A stretch of 64,000 bases of DNA. Source: an uncultured Candidatus Saccharibacteria bacterium. GTDB lineage: Bacteria > Patescibacteriota > Saccharimonadia > Saccharimonadales > 2-12-FULL-41-12. A program made the translations under genes and the position numbers. Below, piece after piece: positions 46,169 through 56,143 of the stretch (the stretch's first letter is position 1; each line of letters opens with the position of its first letter). The DNA lies in NCBI GenBank assembly GCA_964648105.1, contig CAZYMH010000004.1:70083-134082 (forward strand). Reading direction: 5' to 3'. The notes beneath the pieces are model-generated. The model was not told where the DNA came from and did no database searches. It saw only the letters and a program-made list of their open reading frames with translations.

Positions 46169-47625
46169 TATTTTTTACTCCTATCATTAAATTTTTTGGC
46201 CAAACTTAGCAGCTTTCTGTCGGCCTTTTGTGGTGCTATTATTTGTACGCCTACTGGCAAATTATCAATTTTGCCTGCTGGTAAACTGATAGCTGGTACA
46301 CCTACCAAATTTGCTGACACTGTCATAATATCAGTCAAATACATTTGCAAGGGATCTTGAGTATTTTCGCCAATTTTGAATGCTACATTTGGTGCGGTTG
46401 GACCAATCAAGAAATCGCATTCTGAAAAAGCTGCATTAAATTCATTGATGATTTTGGTTCTGACTAATTGTGCCTTCTGATAGTAAGCATCATAATAGCC
46501 ACTGCTTAAAACGTATGTTCCAATCATTATTCGTCTTTTAGCTTCATCGCCGAATCCTATCGAGCGACTTTTTTCATATGATTCATCTAAACTTTTTGCA
46601 TTTTTGTCGCTAAAGCCATAGCGTTGACCATCATATCTGCTAAGATTGCTACTAACTTCTGCTGGACAAATAATATAATAAACTGCCAATCCGTATTTGA
46701 TACTCGGCAAGCTAACATCGACAATTTCTGCACCTAATGCTTTATAAAAATCTATTGTTGATTCGATTATTTGTTTAACTTTAGGGTCTAGGGTTTCACT
46801 CATAAATTCTTTAATTACACCAATTTTGACGTTGGAATAATCAATTTCTTGATAATCACAGTAGCCTAAGTGATCTCTTTCGATCATAGTTGCATCAAGA
46901 TTATCTTTGCCGCTGATAACATCTAAAATTAACCCACTGTCACTGACGGTTTTGGTGATTGGCCCAATTACATCTAAGCTACTTGCCATAGCTACTACAC
47001 CGCTTCGAGATACTAAGCCATAAGTTGGTTTATAGCCGACCACACCACAATAGCTAGCAGGCAAACGAATTGAGCCACCAGTATCGGTACCTAAAGTAAA
47101 AGGTGCCAGGTTTAAAGCCATCGCGGTCGCCGAACCACCTGAGCTTCCACCAGGTACCCTGGATTTATCATGAGGATTTAATGTTGTAAAGAAGTCACTA
47201 TTTTCGGTGCTTGATCCATGAGCAAATGCATCCAAATTTGCTTTAGCGACACATATTGCTCCTTCTGCCTCAAGTTTATTAATAGCGGTTGCTTGATATG
47301 GTGCATTAAAACCTTTCAGGATGTTACTAGCGGCAGTTGTATCAGCACCAAAAACCAAAAAATTATCCTTAGCAATAAATGGAATTCCCGCTAATCGACC
47401 AACACCATCACCGTTTTTAATTTTTTGATCAATCTCCTTCGCTAGAAATTTTGCACGCTCAGAAATCGTCGCAATTATTGCTTTATACTCTTGATGTTGA
47501 TCGATTAACTGCAAGGACTTATCAATTAATTCTAGTGAAGTTACCTGCTGGGATTTAACTGCTTTTACTAATTCTTCAATATTTGCCCAGCCAGTCTCAG
47601 CTGAATATAAATTATTTATTGGCAT
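46168..47625 (-). CDS. gatA: Glu-tRNA(Gln) amidotransferase subunit A
   Basis: Amidase signature GGSSGGSA and the expected Ser-cisSer-Lys contexts. 485 aa. Confidence 0.94.
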   Translation of the reverse strand: MPINNLYSAETGWANIEELVKAVKSQQVTSLELIDKSLQLIDQHQEYKAIIATISERAKFLAKEIDQKIKNGDGVGRLAGIPFIAKDNFLVFGADTTAASNILKGFNAPYQATAINKLEAEGAICVAKANLDAFAHGSSTENSDFFTTLNPHDKSRVPGGSSGGSATAMALNLAPFTLGTDTGGSIRLPASYCGVVGYKPTYGLVSRSGVVAMASSLDVIGPITKTVSDSGLILDVISGKDNLDATMIERDHLGYCDYQEIDYSNVKIGVIKEFMSETLDPKVKQIIESTIDFYKALGAEIVDVSLPSIKYGLAVYYIICPAEVSSNLSRYDGQRYGFSDKNAKSLDESYEKSRSIGFGDEAKRRIMIGTYVLSSGYYDAYYQKAQLVRTKIINEFNAAFSECDFLIGPTAPNVAFKIGENTQDPLQMYLTDIMTVSANLVGVPAISLPAGKIDNLPVGVQIIAPQKADRKLLSLAKKFNDRSKK

Positions 47626-47915
47626 TAATTTAAAACCCGTTTTACAACAATTTGATTATCTTTTATTTCATGGGAGTTAGCTAATAAATCTTTACTTGAT
47701 ACGTTGCCAGAAACTTCGTCTTTTCTTGTGACAGTATGTAGTCCTGTAACTTGATAGCTCGGTTCAAGGCCAGTCACATCAATTTCATCAAGTGTTTTGA
47801 CATATTCGACAATTTCTTCTAATTCAACTTGAAATTTGGCTAGTTCTTGATCGGACAAGCCAAATTGAGATAACTTAGCCAATTTTAAGACATCTTGCTT
47901 TGATATTTCAGACAT
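47625..47915 (-). CDS. gatC: Asp/Glu-tRNA amidotransferase subunit C
   Basis: 96 aa with the typical GatC N-terminus (VLKLAKLSQFGLSDQEL). It overlaps the gatA start. Confidence 0.88.
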   Translation of the reverse strand: MSEISKQDVLKLAKLSQFGLSDQELAKFQVELEEIVEYVKTLDEIDVTGLEPSYQVTGLHTVTRKDEVSGNVSSKDLLANSHEIKDNQIVVKRVLN

Positions 47916-47963
47916 ATTAATAAAATTATAGCATGATTAAATGACGATAAATGTGATTTCAGA

Positions 47964-49091
47964 CTAGTAAATTAATGACTGCATTGAATCTGAAGCGTCA
48001 GGCACAGATGGGTTACCGCTCGAGCTATTTTCAGCTTGATCAACACCATAACTACTTGACTCGCTAGAATTAACGTTCGGCTCACCAGACGTTGTTGGCA
48101 GCTCGACATTATAGTTATTAACGTCCATATCAAAACATTGTTTTCCTTTATTGTGCAGGTATGGATTATTATTTTGATTAATTAGATTAGTATCGGGCAT
48201 GTATGGTGCCATTACACCTTTGTATATCATTGGCATTGGATGATTAATTGAATTATGATCAGATTTTGTCAAAAATTCGGCACATAGTTTATATGTCGTA
48301 CCCGATTTTGGCTCGTAACTATAGTTGTAGTTATTGGCACGCAAATTTTGAGCAGAAGATAAATTAAGAGCATTCAATCCTTCTGGCATCTGTTTATTGT
48401 TGTTATAGTATTCATTGATCTTACTGGAAATACTCGATAAATCACCACTTATATAATTATCTAGTTTAACCAGTCGACTTTGGCTAAAAGGAAAAATAAC
48501 AAATATAACAGCTACGACTAACACACCGACTAATAAACTGTACAGGTAGTTGTGCATTACTAATGAACGCCTAACTTTAGTGGTTGAATAACTGTCTGCA
48601 AATGACCATGCAGTGAAAGCTAATAATATTGCACTCAACAGATGATATATTGACTCTTTGTAAGAATTATCGTTACCTGATAACATACCGATACTAAATA
48701 AGTTAAGCATTGAGTTGACTAAAGCAACTGCCGCTAAGATGGCCAGTAACGTAACAACACCTAAAAATATGCCAGTTAAGGCTTTTCTGAAAGATATATT
48801 AAGTAAAGAAGGATTGTTGTGTTCAGCCTCTTTTGTGCGTTGTAAAAAAATAACAAAAATCGGCAAGCTAATAGCAAAAAGAGCTAACAAAGTTGACTCA
48901 GGATCAAAATTGTAGCTATCGAAGGCCCAGATATTAGTATCCATACCAAAGAAGCTTCTAAGCATGTTGACGGTCACCATTAATAGCAAGCTAAGCGAGC
49001 CGAGCATTAATGCATATTCAAATATATAAAAGTTACTCCGACCAAAACTAGTGTTTTTAAGCTTATAGATTATATTATTTTTAGATTTCAT
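47964..49091 (-). CDS. polytopic membrane protein with a Cys-containing extracytoplasmic C-terminal domain (375 aa)
   Basis: About 6 hydrophobic helices in the first 200 aa. The C-terminal region contains YNYSYEPKSGTTYKLCAEF, which resembles pilin/pseudopilin C-terminal motifs. Confidence 0.6.
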   Translation of the reverse strand: MKSKNNIIYKLKNTSFGRSNFYIFEYALMLGSLSLLLMVTVNMLRSFFGMDTNIWAFDSYNFDPESTLLALFAISLPIFVIFLQRTKEAEHNNPSLLNISFRKALTGIFLGVVTLLAILAAVALVNSMLNLFSIGMLSGNDNSYKESIYHLLSAILLAFTAWSFADSYSTTKVRRSLVMHNYLYSLLVGVLVVAVIFVIFPFSQSRLVKLDNYISGDLSSISSKINEYYNNNKQMPEGLNALNLSSAQNLRANNYNYSYEPKSGTTYKLCAEFLTKSDHNSINHPMPMIYKGVMAPYMPDTNLINQNNNPYLHNKGKQCFDMDVNNYNVELPTTSGEPNVNSSESSSYGVDQAENSSSGNPSVPDASDSMQSLIY

Positions 49092-49148
49092 AAATCTCCC
49101 TCCGAATTCACTAAAATTATATCATAAGCGTAACCAAACAAGTATGAT

Positions 49149-51128
49149 TTACATTTTCGATTTAATTTCCTCGATTGTGTCACGGAGTTCAGCGGCTTTT
49201 TCAAACTCCAGATTTGCCGATGCCAGCTCCATCTGGCGAGTTAAATCTCGAACAAGGTGTTTATACTCATCTTTTGGCACTTTTTTGAGGTCAAGTTTTG
49301 GTTTAGCCGAATCAGGCATATCAGGTCGTATGCCTTTAGAAATTATTTTCGATACTCCTCTTGGAGTTATATTATGTTGCTTATTATATTCTTCTTGGAT
49401 TTTACGACGGCGATCAGTCTCATCAATAGTTTTTTGCATACTTTTAGTAATCGAATTGGCATACATCACCACTCGACCATTTTCATGTCGAGCAGCTCGA
49501 CCGACTGTTTGGATTAATGCTTGTTCACTTCTCAAAAAACCTTCTTTATCGGCGTCCAAAATAGCAACCAAACTTACTTCTGGCAAATCCAACCCTTCAC
49601 GCAGTAAATTAATGCCAACCAAGACGTCATAGACTCCCAACCGCAAGTCACGTAAAATGTCTGTCCGCTCAAGTGTATCAACTTCACTATGCAAATAAGC
49701 GACTTTGATACCCAGTTCTTGTAGATAGTCAGTCAGATCTTCGCTCATCCGTTTGGTAAGAGTGGTGACTAATACTCGTTGGCCCTTCGATGTTGTTTCG
49801 CGAATCTCTTTGATTAAATCATCAACTTGCCCCTCAACTGGACGAATTTCGATTGGCGGATCAAGGAGACCAGTTGGTCGAATTATTTGTTGGACGGGCT
49901 GACCACCGCGACTTAGCTCATATTCGGCTGGCGTTGCCGAGACGTAGATAACTTGATTGACATGTTTTTCAAATTCTTGAAAATTTAATGGACGATTATC
50001 AAGTGCCGACGGCAAACGAAAACCGTGTTCTACCAAAACTTCTTTTCTGGCACGATCACCGTTGTACATTCCCCTGACTTGAGGAATTGTCATATGAGAT
50101 TCATCGATTAAGAGCAAAAAATCATCAGGAAAATAATCGAGCAAAGTGGCAGGCTGTTCGCCTGGCTCGCGATTGGTCAAGTAGCGACTGTAGTTTTCAA
50201 TTCCTTTGACAAAGCCAGTTTCTTCCAGCATTTCAAGATCAAAATTTGTTCTTTGCTCAAGTCGCTGAGCCTCTAAAAGCAGGTTATTTTTTTTGAAATA
50301 ACTCAGTCGTCCTTCGAGCTCATCGCGGATTTTACCTAGAGCAACTTTCAGTTTATCTTGAGGAGTGACATAGTGACTGCCTGGGTAGATTGCCAAATTA
50401 TCAAGCTTTTTTAAAACTTCACCTGTTAGCGGATTAATTTGAATGATTCTTTCGACCTCATCACCGAAAAAATCGATCCGATAGCCTAACTCTTCGCCTG
50501 CAGGCAAAACATCAACAACATCTCCCCTTACTCGAAATGTTCCCCGAGCAAAATCCAAATCATTTCGATGGTATTGAATGTCGGTCAAATGACGAATCAG
50601 CTTATCTCGCTTGCGATGTTCGCCCACACTAATTCGGACGGCCATATCACCATAATCTTCGACTGAACCAATACCATAAATACAGCTAACACTGGCCACA
50701 ATTATTACGTCACGTCGACTCAGCAAAGAGGCTGTCGCCGCATGACGTAATCGATCGATTTCTTCATTTATCTGCGAATCTTTTTCGATATATGTATCGC
50801 TGCGAGCAATATATGCTTCGGGTTGATAATAATCAAAATAACTTACAAAGTAATGAACAGCATTGTCAGGAAAAAATTGCTGAAATTCCGAATAAAGCTG
50901 AGCTGCCAAAGTTTTGTTATGGCACAAAACCAGTGTCGTTTTGCCAGTATTTTGGATTACATTAGCCATAGTAAAAGTTTTGCCCGAGCCAGTTACTCCA
51001 AGCAATGTTTGTTCCTTTTTACCATCATTTACACCAGCCGACAACAGTTTAATTGCCTCTGGTTGGTCGCCAGTTGGCCGATAGTCAGATTTTAATTTAA
51101 ACTTAGTCACTACTAATAATTGTAACAA
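49149..51128 (-). CDS. uvrB: excinuclease ABC subunit B
   Basis: [17 protein letters not shown], Walker [10 protein letters not shown] and a C-terminal UVR domain ([11 protein letters not shown]). The start is TTG at 51128 (track) or GTG at 51110. Confidence 0.94.
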   Translation of the reverse strand: MLQLLVVTKFKLKSDYRPTGDQPEAIKLLSAGVNDGKKEQTLLGVTGSGKTFTMANVIQNTGKTTLVLCHNKTLAAQLYSEFQQFFPDNAVHYFVSYFDYYQPEAYIARSDTYIEKDSQINEEIDRLRHAATASLLSRRDVIIVASVSCIYGIGSVEDYGDMAVRISVGEHRKRDKLIRHLTDIQYHRNDLDFARGTFRVRGDVVDVLPAGEELGYRIDFFGDEVERIIQINPLTGEVLKKLDNLAIYPGSHYVTPQDKLKVALGKIRDELEGRLSYFKKNNLLLEAQRLEQRTNFDLEMLEETGFVKGIENYSRYLTNREPGEQPATLLDYFPDDFLLLIDESHMTIPQVRGMYNGDRARKEVLVEHGFRLPSALDNRPLNFQEFEKHVNQVIYVSATPAEYELSRGGQPVQQIIRPTGLLDPPIEIRPVEGQVDDLIKEIRETTSKGQRVLVTTLTKRMSEDLTDYLQELGIKVAYLHSEVDTLERTDILRDLRLGVYDVLVGINLLREGLDLPEVSLVAILDADKEGFLRSEQALIQTVGRAARHENGRVVMYANSITKSMQKTIDETDRRRKIQEEYNKQHNITPRGVSKIISKGIRPDMPDSAKPKLDLKKVPKDEYKHLVRDLTRQMELASANLEFEKAAELRDTIEEIKSKM

Positions 51129-51138
51129 AACTTCAGAT

Positions 51139-52350
51139 TTATAAATCTAAATACTGATTTATTGTTTCTTCCAAGAGACGATCGGTACGCAAATATCTAG
51201 CCCATAATTCTTCCCATAATTTTGCCCGTCCATAGCCTCTACTTGGTTGATAATATGGCTTTCGATTCGTGGTATTGATTATGGTATCAGCCAAATTAAG
51301 TGAAATAGCCGATTTGCCATCATGCCCAAAAAACACGTATTCTAAGTTACTCCAAAATTCAAAACGCTGATCGATTTTAATCAAACATTTAAGCGGATCA
51401 TTAGCTATAAAATCCTTTTTATCAATGTGAGGTAAATCAACTAAAGCATCAAAATCACTGTTACCGACCAAATGTCGATGCAAACTGTTCCAACCAATTT
51501 TTGATATTTGATTAGTGGTCAAATTTAGCCCGTGAGCTGATATATCATAAATTATTTTGCCGAAATCACTTCTAACACTGATAAATTTATAAAATGATGA
51601 ATGCCGCGAAATACTCAAAAATGTTTCGTTCAGCAACATAAAAAATGCCAGACTATCTAGTGGAAAGCGACTACTTGGCGGAAAAATAAACACTCCTCCA
51701 CTCAAAAAATGTGGCAAAACTACTTGTGATTTATCATAACCAGCTTTTTCGAGTTTTTTGACGATTTTTTTATCGATTATACTTACACTTGTTTTTTTAT
51801 AATCAAAATCAACAACATTTAGTTTTTTGTAATTTAAGTTAAATTTCTCGTTCCAATCAGGCTTTTCTAGTATAGATGCTAAAGCAATTAACAGGCTCGG
51901 GTCGTTGCGTTTAAGCATCGAATCAACCGATCTTAGGCCCAAAGATTTCATAACTATTTTAGGTGGTTGCTTTTTTAGTAATCCCTTAAGCAAACTCAAT
52001 CTAACTGTCCAATTTTGGCTTTGATCAAAATTTTTACGAAGCCATGTGACTATTTTTTTGATAACTTTTTCAGGTGTATCATCAGGTTTAATTCCTAGAT
52101 ATTGCTCTAGTAATAAATTGTCTTGTTTAGCTCGCTCCTGCAACATAAAATAAAGCTCACCGACCACTGTATCACTGGCATCCAAACCAAGTTCCTTCAT
52201 GGCTAAAACTGCCTTGGAACGCATGTGAGAATAGATGGCGTTGTCATGCGAATTACGACCAGATTTTGACTCCATATCGCCGAGCATATCCCTAAACTTC
52301 AAGCGATCGATGTTTAAAATATCGGCAATTATCTTTGACATATTATACAC
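51139..52350 (-). CDS. hypothetical protein (403 aa) immediately upstream of uvrB
   Basis: Long track ORF with a 10-nt gap to uvrB. No recognised motif. Confidence 0.6.
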   Translation of the reverse strand: MYNMSKIIADILNIDRLKFRDMLGDMESKSGRNSHDNAIYSHMRSKAVLAMKELGLDASDTVVGELYFMLQERAKQDNLLLEQYLGIKPDDTPEKVIKKIVTWLRKNFDQSQNWTVRLSLLKGLLKKQPPKIVMKSLGLRSVDSMLKRNDPSLLIALASILEKPDWNEKFNLNYKKLNVVDFDYKKTSVSIIDKKIVKKLEKAGYDKSQVVLPHFLSGGVFIFPPSSRFPLDSLAFFMLLNETFLSISRHSSFYKFISVRSDFGKIIYDISAHGLNLTTNQISKIGWNSLHRHLVGNSDFDALVDLPHIDKKDFIANDPLKCLIKIDQRFEFWSNLEYVFFGHDGKSAISLNLADTIINTTNRKPYYQPSRGYGRAKLWEELWARYLRTDRLLEETINQYLDL

Positions 52351-52435
52351 CTACTGTCAAGTATTGTTCTCGGGTTATTTTTATCAATCAACTCGTCTTT
52401 TGAGTAATTTAGACCAGTTTTACTCATTTTGAGAC

Positions 52436-53434
52436 TTATATTCGTTCTGGTTTATACCACTCAGGAGCTTTTCGGAGTAAACTAGCTAATTCTTTCTCGT
52501 CTAAAAGACCAGCTTGAGCACCAACGTGCTGAACAACATTCATCGAGCTTATTGGAGCCCACTGTAAAGCACCGTCGACGGTATTTCCTTTCATAATCGC
52601 TGCTACAAAAGTCGAGGTAAAGGCGTCCCCTGCACCTGTTCTTTCGACAGGTGGTTTAGGATCGGGGTAAAGTGGCATTTTGTATCGATTTTCGCCGTCT
52701 GAGGCATAACTGCCTTTAGGGCCATCACTGATTACAACTATTTTGCAGCCCATGCCGTGGAAGCGATCAAATAAATCATGTAAATTGTCATAATCTCCTC
52801 CTGTAATATAAACTGCCTCTTCGCGATTACAGGCCACAATTTCACAATGTGCGTATATTCGCTTCAAACGCTCAGCACCAGCCTTCATTTGGAATGTACC
52901 AGGTTGAAATGCCAATTTGATATCAGGATTATCGTCTAGCCAATCAGCAATTTCATCATGCATCTCAAGTGCCGACTCGCTAATCGAGCTGAAATAGACC
53001 CATTTAGGAATATCACGTTTAGTAAATCTTGGCCAATGATAACGATAATCTTCGTGTTTGATCAGAATCGTACGTTCTTCTTTGTACCACAAAACGTAAT
53101 GATAATTGCTGACTTTACCACGGTTAATTCGGACAAAATCGGTATCGACATCTTTTTTCTCGAGAGTTGCGATAATATCACGTCCAGCCGAATCGTTTCC
53201 AACATTCGATACTAAACTAGTTTTTAGGCCTAATCCCGCAAAATTTACGGCTGCATTTGGTGAGTTGCCAACTGCATTAATTACTTCAGAATGATCAAAT
53301 GGCAATTTAGTAGCAAATGGAATAGCTAATAAAGGCCCATGATCGGTCTCTTGTACCTCTGCTTGATCATCAAACAATTTAATAAACGCATCCGTCACTA
53401 CGTCACCGATACACATTACATCAATTTGGCTCAT
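52436..53434 (-). CDS. PfkB-family carbohydrate/nucleoside kinase
   Basis: An N-terminal GDVVTD-type motif and the C-terminal GAGDAFTSTFVAAI signature. Confidence 0.85.
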   Translation of the reverse strand: MSQIDVMCIGDVVTDAFIKLFDDQAEVQETDHGPLLAIPFATKLPFDHSEVINAVGNSPNAAVNFAGLGLKTSLVSNVGNDSAGRDIIATLEKKDVDTDFVRINRGKVSNYHYVLWYKEERTILIKHEDYRYHWPRFTKRDIPKWVYFSSISESALEMHDEIADWLDDNPDIKLAFQPGTFQMKAGAERLKRIYAHCEIVACNREEAVYITGGDYDNLHDLFDRFHGMGCKIVVISDGPKGSYASDGENRYKMPLYPDPKPPVERTGAGDAFTSTFVAAIMKGNTVDGALQWAPISSMNVVQHVGAQAGLLDEKELASLLRKAPEWYKPERI

Positions 53435-53533
53435 ATACCCTCCACCACAAGTTTATGTTTTACTTATGCTTACATTTTGCCACAACCAAAGGCCTTTTAT
53501 CAAGCGTAATTTGATAAATATTTTATAACTTTA

Positions 53534-53562
53534 TTGACATTTATACCAAATAGGTTTACTTT
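53534..53562 (+). promoter_or_regulatory. candidate promoter of the AT-rich operon
   Basis: TTGACA (53534-53539), a 17-nt spacer, TACTTT (53557-53562), about 85 nt upstream of the ATG at 53650. Confidence 0.3.
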
Positions 53563-53649
53563 ATTCATATTCGAGAAAAAATTTTTAATAGAAAGCTCAG
53601 TTTACATTGATGAAAAATCAAGCCAATTGACCTTAACAACGGCAAAAAA

Positions 53650-54066
53650 ATGAACGAGTTAGCTGAACGAATCGATGTTCGAGGACAATCTGGAGACGAT
53701 TGGCACGATGGGGCATTTAATTCACTTGATGATATTCATCGTCGACTAGTTAATGAAGGTCATTCATTAAACCAAGCACTGACAAGATTAGTCATAGATT
53801 ATCCTGATCGTTCTGAGCCTCGCATAACACTAGGAAGTTTGGCATTAATTTCACAAAATGAAGAATCACGAGAAGTGTATTTAGTTGGATACGGACCTGT
53901 TTATGACCGTAAACAAAAACCGTCTCCTGTTTCGGTAGATTCACCTCTAGGAAAGTCATTAATTGGAGCAGAAATAGGTCAAAAAATAAAAATAGCTTCA
54001 TTGCCAAAATTAATGAGAGATGTATCGGTACTAAGTATCGACCAAACTTATAGACCAACAGTATGA
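53650..54066 (+). CDS. GreA/Rnk-like protein (truncated coiled coil plus GreA C-terminal-like domain)
   Basis: 138 aa. SGDDWHDGAFNS parallels the GDLSENAEY segment of GreA. The C-terminus (VSVDSPLGKSLIGAEIGQKIKI) matches the GreA/B C-terminal domain pattern. Confidence 0.65.
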   Translation: MNELAERIDVRGQSGDDWHDGAFNSLDDIHRRLVNEGHSLNQALTRLVIDYPDRSEPRITLGSLALISQNEESREVYLVGYGPVYDRKQKPSPVSVDSPLGKSLIGAEIGQKIKIASLPKLMRDVSVLSIDQTYRPTV

Positions 54067-54623
54067 CAAAAACAATTATCGGGATTGCAGGTCAGGCTGG
54101 TTCAGGCAAAGACACAGTTTCCAATTTGATTGCTAATGAATTTGGCTATACTCATATTTCAACTAGTGATATTCTTAGGATGTTTATTTTTTCTTGTGGA
54201 CTGAAAACTAATAGAAAATTACAGTTATCTGTTGCGAATAATTTAAGATCAAATTTCGGTAGTGATTTTTTTATAAAATTGGCTTTAGATAAGGTATCAA
54301 AATCTAAAAAAATAGTTATTTCAGGCATATATTGTCCCGAGGAGGCTAAATTCATAAAAACTTTAGGTGGAAAAATATTATATATTAATTCAAACAGCGA
54401 GATATATAGTAGAATAAAAAATCGAAATGATTCAGATCGAGATAATATGTCATCGCAAGAACTTGACTTAGCTATCGAACGTGAAAATTCAGGCAAAAAA
54501 CCTAGTGAAACTAACACTTATAAAGTTCAAGAATACGCCGACTTCGTTATAGAAAATTCTGGAACTCTATATGACCTAGAAATAGCAACCAAACAATTAG
54601 TTAACGAATTGGGAGCCAAATAA
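54063..54623 (+). CDS. P-loop kinase, dNMP-kinase/adenylate-kinase-like (186 aa)
   Basis: Walker A GQAGSGKDT. The segment VISGIYCPEEAKFIKTLGGKILYI parallels the kinase at 10180-10869. ATGA overlap with the upstream gene. Confidence 0.7.
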   Translation: MTKTIIGIAGQAGSGKDTVSNLIANEFGYTHISTSDILRMFIFSCGLKTNRKLQLSVANNLRSNFGSDFFIKLALDKVSKSKKIVISGIYCPEEAKFIKTLGGKILYINSNSEIYSRIKNRNDSDRDNMSSQELDLAIERENSGKKPSETNTYKVQEYADFVIENSGTLYDLEIATKQLVNELGAK

Positions 54624-54625
54624 TT

Positions 54626-55987
54626 ATGAATCATGAATCAACTCCAAATATAACTAGAGAACATTATTCTAAGAACGGTAATGATGAAAATTCTCAAGCA
54701 CAAGTTCATAATCATAATTTACCTAGATATATGGGTGGAATGGTTCTATGTCATGATGATCACCAAAAATCTCTTTACGACCCAAATAGAAGAACAGTAA
54801 GTTATGAAACAGATGTTGATACTATCGAATCCGTAAGTCAACTTGAAACTCTTCATTATGCGGCAGAGTACATAGTTGGTTGGTATCAAAAATCCAATAT
54901 GTCTATAAAAGACCAAGCTCTTGCTTCATTAACCAGTCCTATGCATTCTATTCAACATATCGGTAACCAATTTATGCGTCAAATTTTGCCAATATTTTTT
55001 GAGAGAGATCCACAAGAAGGCTATAGTAAATTAAAAAATGTAGTTCCACACACAACACAACAAGAACTTGCATTACTAATAAATGAAGCTGAATTTATAG
55101 ACCTACATCGTGGTTTGCAAGAACATTTAGATGATACTAAAGACGAAAGAGATGAAAACGTAGCAAAACGTTTTATAAAAGACCCTGAAATACGAGGAAC
55201 ATTTATAAGAGTCGACAGAAATCAGTTTTCGGGGATGGAAACAGATAGGAGCTTAGAAAATGTTTTAAAAAGAGGAATTGAACTCTCTCTTAACCCTAAA
55301 TCTGAAAAAATATTATTCGAAGCAGCTAAAGAAGCTAGTACGGGTGCAATACCAATTACCGAAATATTAAAGAATCAAAAAGTTCTAAAAATTGTAGGTT
55401 TTGAAGGATCAAAGATTGCTTTAGCAGTTCATGATGCAATAGATCATGCTTGGATGTACTCTTTATTACAGCGAAAAGGATTTTTAGATGAATACAAAGA
55501 TTTATTTAATTCGATCGGTAGTCCACATTTAAATGATATGTTTTCAAGAGAAGGTGAAACAATGGCAAGTATTGCATTCGGTGTTAGATATTTGCAAACA
55601 GTTGAAAAAGGATTCCAGCCATTGATTTCTGCAGATGATCTAAGAGACAAAATGGATCAATATTTTAAAGATGGTCTATTAACCCAAGAAAGACATCTTA
55701 GAGCTTATGCAATATTAATGAGAGCTACACCACTCTCAAGAGAGTGGCAAAGTTTAGGCTTCACATTTAGTAATTATATTGTCGAACTAGATGAACAAAG
55801 AAGAAAACACGGCAGAATCAAGCAAAGAGATAAGTGCAACCGAATATATAGAGAGTTAGATCCATACGACCCAGATTTTTTGTCATTATTTATAGAAGCT
55901 CATCACGAATTAAATAATAGTGCTAATAAACATAGAGATACATTGTTTAGGTTTCATATTATCATCGAAGATTTTTTTCTGCAATGA
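54626..55987 (+). CDS. hypothetical protein (453 aa), orphan
   Basis: Track ORF, 2 nt after the kinase stop. The only motif-like feature I see is AVHDAIDHAW, a possible metal ligand cluster. Confidence 0.6.
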   Translation: MNHESTPNITREHYSKNGNDENSQAQVHNHNLPRYMGGMVLCHDDHQKSLYDPNRRTVSYETDVDTIESVSQLETLHYAAEYIVGWYQKSNMSIKDQALASLTSPMHSIQHIGNQFMRQILPIFFERDPQEGYSKLKNVVPHTTQQELALLINEAEFIDLHRGLQEHLDDTKDERDENVAKRFIKDPEIRGTFIRVDRNQFSGMETDRSLENVLKRGIELSLNPKSEKILFEAAKEASTGAIPITEILKNQKVLKIVGFEGSKIALAVHDAIDHAWMYSLLQRKGFLDEYKDLFNSIGSPHLNDMFSREGETMASIAFGVRYLQTVEKGFQPLISADDLRDKMDQYFKDGLLTQERHLRAYAILMRATPLSREWQSLGFTFSNYIVELDEQRRKHGRIKQRDKCNRIYRELDPYDPDFLSLFIEAHHELNNSANKHRDTLFRFHIIIEDFFLQ

Positions 55988-56139
55988 GTAAGAATCCGGA
56001 CAGCATCTCTCAAACTTTGAATATAAAAGTTCAAGATATAGATAGTTGCGATGTTAGTAGTACTCAATTACCTCCATCCAGATTAATGTGGATGAAGAAT
56101 AATTTTGGTTATACCAGTGTTAAAAGTAGAGTATACTAA
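55984..56139 (+). CDS. possible 51-aa micro-ORF (below the track threshold)
   Basis: My own translation gives MSKNPDSISQTLNIKVQDIDSCDVSSTQLPPSRLMWMKNNFGYTSVKSRVY. Its ATG overlaps the upstream TGA (ATGA) and its stop lies 4 nt before the CYTH ATG. Confidence 0.4.
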   Translation: MSKNPDSISQTLNIKVQDIDSCDVSSTQLPPSRLMWMKNNFGYTSVKSRVY

Positions 56140-56143
56140 TCCT

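Noticed and set aside
53650-54066. Alternative genetic code (UGA as Gly, code 25), as used by some candidate-phyla bacteria.
   Set aside because: TGA clearly terminates genes at family-appropriate lengths, for example the ATGA junctions at 54063-54066 and 55984-55987 and the kinase stop at 10180-10182. Conserved proteins translate without in-frame TGA.
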